Part shown: positions 1 through 64,000 of the stretch, piece by piece
Layout of the letters: each line of letters starts with the position of its first letter
How positions within the stretch are numbered: the stretch's first letter is position 1
Assembly (NCBI GenBank): GCA_964016885.1
Contig: OZ024750.1
Location: 17,918,001-17,982,000 of the forward strand
Reading direction: 5' to 3'
DNA from: Eledone cirrhosa
Taxonomy: Eukaryota
DNA: 64,000 nt
Translations under genes and position numbers: made by a program
The notes under the pieces: generated by a model
The model's database searches: none
What the model saw: the letters and a program-made list of their open reading frames with translations, nothing else
Told to the model about the DNA's origin: nothing

Positions 1-103
1 CCAGTATCAACTTGCAATAAATATAAATATCACCAATTAAAATATACATCAATTCAGTAACAATTAATAATAAATAAGTTTGCAGAGAGACAGACTAAGT
101 AGA

Positions 104-3100
104 CAGGTGTACAGGTAGGTGTACAGGTAGGTGTACAGGTAGGTGTAGAGGTAGGTGTAGAGGTAGGTGTAGAGGTAGGTGTACAGGTAGGTGTACAGGT
201 AGGTGTACAGGTAGGTGTACAGGTAGGTGTATAGGTAGGTGTAGAGGTAGGTGTACAGGTAGGTGTAGAGGTAGGTGTATAGGTAGGTGTACAGGTAGGT
301 GTACAGGTAGGTGTATAGGTAGGTGTATAGGTAGGTGTACAGGTAGGTGTATAGGTAGGTGTATAGGTAGGTGTACAGGTAGGTGTATAGGTAGGTGTAC
401 AGGTAGGTGTATAGGTAGGTGTATAGGTAGGTGTAGAGGTAGGTGTACAGGTAGGTGTAGAGGTAGGTGTACAGGTAGGTGTAGAGGTAGGTGTACAGGT
501 AGGTGTAGAGGTAGGTGTACAGGTAGGTGTAGAGGTAGGTGTACAGGTAGGTGTAGAGGTAGGTGTAGAGGTAGGTGTACAGGTAGGTGTATAGGTAGGT
601 GTACAGGCAGGTGTAGAGGTAGGTGTACAGGTAGGTGTACAGGTAGGTGTAGAGGTAGGTGTACAGGTAGGTGTAGAGGTAGGTGTATAGGTAGGTGTAG
701 AGGTAGGTGTATAGGTAGGTGTAGAGGTAGGTGTACAGGTAGGTGTAGAGGTAGGTGTACAGGTAGGTGTAGAGGTAGGTGTAGAGGTAGGTGTATAGGT
801 AGGTGTACAGGTAGGTGTACAGGTAGGTGTAGAGGTAGGTGTACAGGTAGGTGTAGAGGTAGGTGTACAGGTAGGTGTAGAGGTAGGTGTACAGGCAGGT
901 GTATAGGTAGGTGTACAGGTAGGTGTAGAGGTAGGTGTACAGGTAGGTGTATAGGTAGGTGTACAGGTAGGTGTACAGGTAGGTGTATAGGTAGGTATAG
1001 AGGTAGGTGTATAGGTAGGTGTATAGGTAGGTGTATAGGTAGGTGTACAGGCAGGTGTAGAGGTAGGTGTATAGGTAGGTGTACAGGTAGGTGTATAGGT
1101 AGGTGTAGAGGTAGGTGTACAGGTAGGTGTACAGGTAGGTGTATAGGTAGGTGTAGAGGTAGGTGTAGAGGTAGGTGTATAGGTAGGTGTAGAGGTAGGT
1201 GTACAGGTAGGTGTACAGGTAGGTGTATAGGTAGGTGTAGAGGTAGGTGTAGAGGTAGGTGTATAGGTAGGTGTAGAGGTAGGTGTAGAGGTAGGTGTAT
1301 AGGTAGGTGTAGAGGTAGGTGTAGAGGTAGGTGTACAGGTAGGTGTAGAGGTAGGTGTACAGGTAGGTGTACAGGTAGGTGCAGAGGTAGGTGTAGAGGT
1401 AGGTGTATAGGTAGGTGTAGAGGTAGGTGTAGAGGTAGGTGTAGAGGTAGGTGTAGAGGTAGGTGTAGAGATAGGTGTACAGGTAGGTGTATAGGTAGGT
1501 GTACAGGTAGGTGTAGAGGTAGGTGTAGAGGTAGGTGTAGAGGTAGGTGTAGAGGTAGGTGTACAGGTAGGTGTACAGGTAGGTGTATAGGTAGGTGTAC
1601 AGGTAGGTGTACAGGTAGGTGTACAGGTAGGTGTACAGGTAGGTGTACAGGTAGGTGTAGAGGTAGGTGTAGAGGTAGGTGTACAGGTAGGTGTACAGGT
1701 AGGTGTATAGGTAGGTGTATAGGTAGGTGTAGAGGTAGGTGTACAGGTAGGTGTATAGGTAGGTGTAGAGGTAGGTGTAGAGGTAGGTGTACAGGTAGGT
1801 GTACAGGTAGGTGTACAGGTAGGTGTACAGGTAGGTGCAGAGGTAGGTGTAGAGGTAGGTGTACAGGTAGGTGTACAGGTAGGTGCAGAGGTAGGTGTAT
1901 AGGTAGGTGTATAGGTAGGTGTACAGGTAGGTGTAGAGGTAGGTGTAGAGGTAGGTGTATAGGTAGGTGTAGAGGTAGGTGTAGAGGTAGGTGTAGAGGT
2001 AGGTGTAGAGGTAGGTGTATAGGTAGGTGTAGAGGTAGGTGTAGAGGTAGGTGTAGAGGTAGGTGTATAGGTAGGTGTAGAGGTAGGTGTACAGGTAGGT
2101 GTACAGGTAGGTGTATAGGTAGGTGTAGAGGTAGGTGTACAGGTAGGTGTACAGGTAGGTGCAGAGGTAGGTGTAGAGGTAGGTGTACAGGTAGGTGTAC
2201 AGGTAGGTGCAGAGGTAGGTGTATAGGTAGGTGTATAGGTAGGTGTACAGGTAGGTGTAGAGGTAGGTGTAGAGGTAGGTGTATAGGTAGGTGTAGAGGT
2301 AGGTGTACAGGTAGGTGTACAGGTAGGTGTATAGGTAGGTGTACAGGTAGGTGTACAGGTAGGTGTATAGGTAGGTGTAGAGGTAGGTGTATAGGTAGGT
2401 GTAGAGGTAGGTGTAGAGGTAGGTGTACAGGTAGGTGTACAGGTAGGTGTAGAGGTAGGTGTACAGGTAGGTGTACAGGTAGGTGTATAGGTAGGTGTAT
2501 AGGTAGGTGTATAGGTAGGTGTAGAGGTAGGTGTACAGGTAGGTGTATAGGTAGGTGTATAGGTAGGTGTATAGGTAGGTGTAGAGGTAGGTGTACAGGT
2601 AGGTGTACAGGTAGGTGTAGAGGTAGGTGTACAGGTAGGTGTACAGGTAGGTGTACAGGTAGGTGTACAGGTAGGTGTAGAGGTAGGTGTACAGGTAGGT
2701 GTACAGGTAGGTGTACAGGTAGGTGTAGAGGTAGGTGTACAGGTAGGTGTACAGGTAGGTGTACAGGTAGGTGTATAGGTAGGTGTAGAGGTAGGTGTAC
2801 AGGTAGGTGTAGAGGTAGGTGTACAGGTAGGTGTACAGGTAGGTGTATAGGTAGGTGTACAGGTAGGTGTATAGGTAGGTGTACAGGTAGGTGTACAGGT
2901 AGGTGTACAGGTAGGTGTAGAGATAGGTGTATAGGTAGGTGTATAGGTAGGTGTACAGGTAGGTGTACAGGTAGGTGTATAGGTAGGTGTATAGGTAGGT
3001 GTACAGGTAGGTGTATAGGTAGGTGTACAGGTAGTTGTACAGGTAGGTATACAGGTAGGTGTATAGGTAGGTGTGCAGGTAGGTGTACAGGTAGGTGTAC

Positions 3101-3145
3101 AGGTAGGTGTACAGGTAGGTGTACAGGTAGGTGTACAGGTAGGTA
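104..3145. repeat. 12-bp minisatellite (GGTAGGTGTA[C/T/G]A)n, ~250 units
   Basis: Directly visible. Three main unit variants differ at one position; rare GCAGAG, GGCAGG and GATAGG variants occur. It generates the two ~1040-aa minus-strand ORFs. Confidence 0.97.
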
Positions 3146-3570
3146 TATATAGACAGGCAGTTATAAATGTACACATAGGTAGGTATAGAATGTATAGAAG
3201 TATAAAGGTACATGTATAGGTAAGTATATGGTTAGGTCTACAGTAATGTATATAGGTAGGTGAAGGATATATTTATATATACTTCTATATGCTTACTTTA
3301 CACCTGTATATATATATATATATATAACATCTCTGTCTGATGACCGATCCAGACATATATTATTATTGACTGGAATCCAGAAACCTTTGGTAATGGAGTA
3401 GTTATATTTTGTGTTGTTCACTTTTTAATTAAATATATATATATATAAATATATATATATATTTATATATATAGATTTTGAGTTTATGTTGGTTGTATAC
3501 CAACACCTCAGTATGCAGGCTGGAGCACTCGACGAAGTGCGCAGGTTGGTTTGGTTACTCCGGAGTAGTG

Positions 3571-4139
<569 letters not shown>

Positions 4140-4157
4140 ATGTATATATATATATAT

Positions 4158-4385
4158 GCTCAAGTGCACTACAACTCATCAAAGGTGCATGTATAGTACA
4201 TAGAATAATGTTCAAATGTCAGGAAAATGAACAGTGTGTGAGTCATGAAATACATGTGTGCGTATGTATGGAGGGGGGTGGGATATCAGGTGTAATGTTG
4301 GCGAATTTCAGGAAGCATGGAGGTTTTAAAGGATGCAGTGTCTCGACAGCTAACAACTGGTGCACGTAGTTTGTTCCATGCTTCA
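4158..4385 (-). mobile_element. CR1-type LINE 3' end fragment
   Basis: Reverse complement matches the 3' end and UTR of the CR1 copy at 51170-51540. Related pieces lie at ~26740-27020 (-), ~27830-28110 (-) and ~63400-63490 (+). Confidence 0.65.
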
Positions 4386-4696
4386 ACAACTAAATCAAAC
4401 TACCATACAATCTGAGAAACGTACATCTTGATAAATTAATATTTTGCATAAGAGAAACCTTATAGTTTATGTTGATTACTGATACATGTAACTCATTAAA
4501 GATAAAAATGATATTTTAATAATTTATTTCTGGATATCATTTTAATAATTTATTTCAGCATATTTGTTCAAATGACATACAGGATTAAAGGTATGAGTAA
4601 CTTTAAGAGAAATAACTATTTACTGTTACAAATGTAAAGTTAGAATCCAGGACCTTGCGATTGAAAGTAGAACCACGACTGATATAGGAAATGTAT

Positions 4697-4729
<33 letters not shown>

Positions 4730-5167
4730 ATTTTTAAATGTTTAGCTCTCGTCCTTTAAAAGCCATTCTATAATAAAATGAATATACGTAAACTAACGTA
4801 TTGAATATTTTTTTTTTTACAGTGGTCGCCTCCCTTACGTCCGTATCCTATACAACACACACACATATATATAACAAAGGTAAACATATATATGCATGTA
4901 TGGTCCCGTAACTCTTGATAGAGTCGTAGGGGTGCCTTATTGACATTCTTGCGCATTTTAAGCCTGGCGGAGCCCATCCCTCTCCAGGCTTAAAAATATA
5001 TATACAAAACTTAAATGTATGTAGAGAATTATATATGATAGTTTTTATTATTTTTTTTTTTATTATACATACATATATGTGTATGTGTGTGTGTACACAC
5101 ACGTGGCATATTATAATTGATGCTCCTAGAAATATCGAAATGATTTCACTGTTCTATATGACGAGTA

Positions 5168-5350
5168 GTTTCCCCTGACAAGAGTTATGTGCCCTGTTGC
5201 TATGATATTCCGATACTCACGTATAAAAGAAAAATGACAATAAAGCTAGATTTAAAAAGATCAAGAAAAGAATATATTTATAATAAAAGATGAAATATGC
5301 CAAGAAATTCTAATTTTTTATAAACTACTTACGAAATTTGATATTTTCAG
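5168..5350 (+). promoter_or_regulatory. Possible promoter and non-coding first exon of the host gene
   Basis: CAG|GTAAAT donor at 5350/5351 with two imperfect RFX X-box-like motifs upstream (5168-5181, 5196-5208). No transcript evidence. Confidence 0.25.
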
Positions 5351-5399
5351 GTAAATGCAAATAACTATTTTAAAGATATTTACACCATTTTAAAGATAT

Positions 5400-5630
5400 T
5401 TAACCAGATCACCCCACAGTTCTGAAACTAACTGGTTTATCCTGAATTGATGGGAAGAGACCAGATGGTCTTACTCTTTGTCACTGGGTGAGAGGTAGGT
5501 GTCTCATGTTGGATGTCACAGTCAGTGACTCTTTTGCTCCCTTCCACATCATGGACACCGCAGTGAATGTGGGGGCTCACTGCTTCCGCTGTCGAACGGT
5601 ATAAAATTCGGAAATACCAAGACTTATGAT
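5400..5630 (+). mobile_element. Decayed CRE-like non-LTR retrotransposon, restriction-like endonuclease fragment
   Basis: Translates to DGKRPDGLTL..W.RGRCLMLDVTVSDS, the REL endonuclease signature. Confidence 0.6.
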
Positions 5631-5929
5631 ATAATTATATCTCGTCAGCGAAACTTTGTCAAACTGTGAGATAATAGGGATAAGATTATGTAATGTTGAA
5701 ATCTTATGAAGTGATGTAAGCATCTCCAGTCAGAATAATAATAAAAAAGCAAGTGATTGCCACCTGTTACCTTAGTGAGATGTTATTTTCTTATCTGTAA
5801 TATAACCTATTTCACAGCCAATAGAGTTGATCTCTTGTTTTTTGTACCTAAACTGTATTAATGAAATTACCTTCTAACAACAATTGACTTCACTACTAGA
5901 GAACAGGAAGAAAAGTTGTTATATTCTTC

Positions 5930-6330
5930 TTCTTACCATGTCCACAAGAGTGTTGGCTATAAAGCTTGGCTAGATGTGGTTCCACCACAGCTGAACACAT
6001 TGCTGTCCTTTCTCATTAAACTCTGCCAAGTCCAATGTTGTGCAGGGGTGTTCCAGTGTGTGTGTGTGAGGAGGGGGGGGGTATATCAGGAGGTGCTTCG
6101 TAGTCTGTGGTTCGATGCCGCAGTCACACATTACGTCCCCATCATTTAAATATTCCCATTTTGACAGATTCACTTTTGCACGACCAGCACCAGATCTTAA
6201 TCTGATGAGGCATTTCCACACTGCATAGTTTGTATCTGCTCCAGAGGGCAGTGCCTCGCTCACCTTTAGCTCCATTGTTGTTACAGATGGGATGTTATTA
6301 AGTTTTTCTTCCCAGTGAGTGACTCTTTCA
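5930..6330 (-). mobile_element. Non-LTR retrotransposon C-terminal fragment (RTEX-like)
   Basis: ORF 5970..6275 WKCLIRLRSG..KW...CDCG..QT..HLL is a LINE C-terminal zinc-knuckle region. Confidence 0.55.
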
Positions 6331-6709
6331 CTAATTATGCTTGATGTTCCAAGGGATGTAGCATAGTTTTTATATTATAGTGCACTGACACTCAATTTTT
6401 GTAATGCCCTTCTTGTAACAATTCAAGATGGAGAATAGCATTGAGTTATTCAGTTCTTTTCTATGAGTTTCCTCCATTGGACCTGGTTCTGTCCCAGTCT
6501 TTCACGTATAAAAAGCTGCAGTTTCAGGTCCTCCTTCATGTTATTTTGCCATCCCTTCGATGGTTAGCTTCTTTTCCTCAGGCCTTGGTAGTCTCCCTTG
6601 AATATTCTGTTGGTGATAGGTTGCAAACCTTAAAAACTAAATTATCAAAATTAAATGAAATGTATAAAGACGAATTTTCAGCTTTTAAGCGCTGAAAGTA
6701 TATATATAT

Positions 6710-6920
6710 GAATGGACCTGTTATTTTTATCTAAAGACATTTTTTCCTATTCCATCCTGCCCGTCCCCTAAATCCATCTTATTTCTCATTCTTTCTTCTG
6801 ATGAAGGACTAGCGTCCGATACGTCAAGACCCTCTTTCTGCTATATCAAGCGTTAACCTAATATATCCCTTCCATATACTGTACCGATTGTGTTGTTATT
6901 TCTGTTTATCTTTTACATAC
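6710..6920 (+). mobile_element. Short HHR-bearing retroelement (pLTR-like), second copy at ~23994-24200
   Basis: Two similar ~210-bp copies end in (TA)n. The core is tctt-CTGATGA-aggactagc..-GA(T/A)A-cg-T(C/T)-aaga, with GAAA changed to GATA in this copy. Confidence 0.6.
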
Positions 6921-7010
6921 ATATATATATATATGCCAACTTCTTTTACTGTCTTTTAAGGGTCTTTACAGCATCTCTGCACTTGAGCACATCCTTTATA
7001 CTTATACATG

Positions 7011-7223
<213 letters not shown>

Positions 7224-7294
7224 TCTTCAAGATGATGACATCAAGGTGAATTTTATGAATCAACTAATATTTATTTTTGCATTATTTTGGCAGT

Positions 7295-60927
<53,633 letters not shown>

Positions 60928-61034
60928 GTAATTATGATAAAGTTTTCCTATTGTCTTATTAGTCTTTTACGTATAGTTTGGAACAATAATGTTCCTATGT
61001 CTATTACCATTTCACTGCTTTCTTAGTCTCATGT

Positions 61035-62850
61035 AAAACAAGAAGTATAAGTCAGGTTTAAATTAACTTCGTTTAATCATAGTCGCTGTTATATATATTT
61101 CAGTGATAACCATTATTCAACAGCTATGACCTCATCAGACAGCTAGAATTGGAACAAAAAGAAACAGAAAAATATATTGATTGAACAAAGTTTACCTCTG
61201 TTATTTCAATCATTTCTTATGCCCCATCCGAAGTATGGTGTTGTTTTCCCAAAGAACTGGTGGCATGTACATATACAATGAGTACATCAAAGAATGAGTT
61301 TTACAGTAGATTGGAAGCACTCTACAGAAAATAATTTTCCAGAGTTATTAATATCATACTAACAGCCAGAATAACTCTTATTAACTTTAACAATGAATAT
61401 TGGACCCGCTCAGATAGAGATAGAAACTTTGATATCACTATGGGGGCATCCGATTCCGCGCAAATCACAGATCTTCTGGGAATTTTCATATTAAATATGA
61501 TAAATAGAAAACTGCCGGAGATTACCGGTGGTTTATATAGAGACGACATTTTATTTACGGTGGTCAAACACAACAATATAGAACAAAATAGAGTAAAGAA
61601 AACTATAATAGAATTCTTTAAAATGTATGACCTTAAGTTAGAAGTAGAAAATGGTACCAAAATAGTTAATTTCCTAGACGTTACGTTTAACTTAAACACT
61701 GGCTTTTATTACCCTTTTCATAAGCCCAATGAAAACTTAAACTATGTTAGTAACCATTCCAATCACCGTAAATCTGTAAAAAAAAAGCTATAGTAAATAG
61801 TGTGCAAAAAGGAATTAATAAAATATCAGCCAATAAAGCTATATTTGATGAAAACGCTGAATACTACAACAACGCGTTAAAAAGAGCAGGATATGTGAAT
61901 AATATAGAATATGTAGATAATAATAATCCAAGTATTAATCTTGATAAAAATAATAACATATATAAGAGAAACTTTAATAATTATAATTCAAACACCCATA
62001 CGCCAAATAAATTGAGGAAAAGAACTAGAACTAAATCAGTCATATGGTTCGACCCCCCCCCCCCTGCTTCGGTCGCAGTTAGAACACCAATTGCAAAATT
62101 ATTCTTTAATGCTTTGGACACCTCTTTCCATACTCAACATAAATACCATTCCATTTTTAATAGACACACCATTAAATTCTCGTATTCTACAACTATGAAC
62201 ATGGCCCAAACCATTGCCAAATTAAACACTAAAATCGTAAAACAAAACCAGCACAATGATCTTAATAATAGAGTTAACATAAATGATACTAAACCAAAAT
62301 GTAATTGTAGAAATAAAACTGACTGCTCTCTGCAAAATAATTGTCTAGATAGTAATTTGGTTTATAAATGCACCGTAAAAACTGATCACAACACATACAA
62401 CTACATAGGATCGACTTCTTCTACATTTAAAGCCAGATTTGCGAACCATAAATGCTCATTATCGAACTCCAAGAGGAAATCATCCACTTCTTTATCATAG
62501 CTCATATGGTCATTAAAAGAGAGGAATTTAAAATACTCCATTCTTTGGACAAAACTTCTGAATTGTGGAATTTACCGCAACTCTAGTATATCAAATAACT
62601 GCGCGCTCTGTACAATGGAGACCCTGTTGATTATTAATAACTATGAGACCCTAATTAACAAAAAAAGTGAATTATTCTCTAGTTGCCTTCATAAAGCTAC
62701 GTCTACATTCTTAGCCTCCCTCAAAACCAGAAAAAAAAGAGAAAGAAACACTAAACCATTAAAAAGTTGGTTTTCAGACGTATATAACCAACAGGGAAAA
62801 ACGTTAATGGCCTTTAATATTGCATTATCTTATAACTATCGAAAGAAGAA
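61035..62850 (+). mobile_element. Penelope-like element (RT + GIY-YIG, disabled) preceded by an inverted pLTR with hammerhead (~61085-61143, -)
   Basis: MGASDSAQITDL.G, LYRDD, FLDVTFNL, WFDPP, CNCR..C.L..C, LVYKC..YIGST..FKARFANH. Frameshift at the A-run near 61780 and a stop at 62498. Confidence 0.88.
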
Positions 62851-64000
62851 ATAATGCTCGAATGAATGACACTTGTTCAATAACACGCTGACACGTTGAT
62901 ATACATAACATAATATTATTAACTTTGATCCATACCATTATTTCTCTATCTTTATTTTCCTATCTAAGTTTTAAATTTTAGTTTAAATATCCAACCCGTA
63001 TATTTTTACGGAACTTATTTTTAACTGAATTATTCATGTGTTTACATTTTTTATTTATAATATGTATGTAATTATCTTTTGTAAGTTTTTAAATATACCG
63101 TATTTTTCTATCCATGATTCAAATATTGAGCAAATATCCAAACTATAAATTATTACGAACCTTATTTTGAACTCTGAATTATCCATGCATTTATTATTAT
63201 TTTTCTTATATATATACACACACACAGAAACACAGAAACACACAAATACACACACAGACACATGCGCACACCCACATGCACATACACACATATATATATG
63301 CAGAAGGAAAGAGAGAGTGTGAAAGAGAGTGTAGGAGGGAAAGTGACTATAATATTGTCACTCACGATAAATAATAGTTGAGAAAATCTGATAAAGTACA
63401 TTTGTATTGTACATTATTCTATGTACCATACATGGACCTTTGATGAGTTTTAGTGCACCTGAGCACTGTACACAATCATTTTCATTATTATTTGATTATT
63501 TAGGGCGGTGGATTGGCAGTATCGGTAGAGGGTCGGACGCCATACTTTCCAGCATAGTTACATCCCTTTACGATCTGAGTTCAAATCCCGCCGAGGTTAA
63601 CTTTGCCTTTCATCCTTACGGGGTCGATAAAATAAAGTACCAGTAATACACTGGATAATTGCTGGCCTTGTGCCTAAAGTAGAAACAATTATTATTTTAT
63701 TCTCCAGGTCGGTAGTGGGTCGGACGCCATGCATTGCAGCATAAAGTTACAGCTGTTTACGTTCTGAGTTCAAATCCCGACGAGGTTAACTCTGCCTCCC
63801 GTACTTACAGAGTCGATAAAATAAAGTACCAGTAATGCACTGGGGGTAATTGCTGGCCTTGTGCCTAAAGTAGAAACAATTATTGTACACTCCAGGAGAG
63901 AGAAAATATAGCGAGGACTTTAACCCATCATCTCACGAATATATATGTTAATATTAAGTTAATACTAGAGGGTCAGACGCCATGCTTTCTAGCATAGTTA

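Noticed and set aside
54-3213. Two ~1040-aa ORFs ((TPTC/S/Y)n and (YTYL)n) as real genes
   Set aside because: Both follow automatically from a stop-free 12-bp repeat. There is no signal peptide, unique domain or codon variation, and they overlap each other.

Overview
AT-rich, microsatellite-laden eukaryotic DNA. The repeat landscape (tRNA-derived SINEs, Penelope-like elements (PLEs) with hammerhead ribozymes (HHRs), RTE/CR1/R4 LINE fragments, (TA)n/(ATT)n/(CAT)n tracts) resembles a cephalopod/octopus genome; this is inference. Almost every entry in the ORF track is a repeat artefact or a decayed retroelement. Read by hand, the window holds one + strand spliced gene not visible in the ORF track: at least 35 phase-compatible exons (7295 to 60927, about 750 codons, no stop, continuing past the window). 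Its N-terminal coiled-coil region resembles C10orf67/DUF4709 (from memory). Its C-terminal part is built from symmetric phase-0 micro-exons, 18 of them exactly 57 nt. The main observation is that two independent clusters of duplicated 57-nt exons (11 copies at 31.8-45.5 kb, 3 copies at 57-59.3 kb) each have a 5'-truncated PLE fragment exactly at the duplication junction. This looks like a PLE insertion making a ~0.4-kb exon-containing target-site duplication, followed by tandem amplification of the exon+PLE unit. In both arrays the sense-strand hammerhead core is mutated. Coordinates were counted manually and splicing is predicted, not demonstrated.
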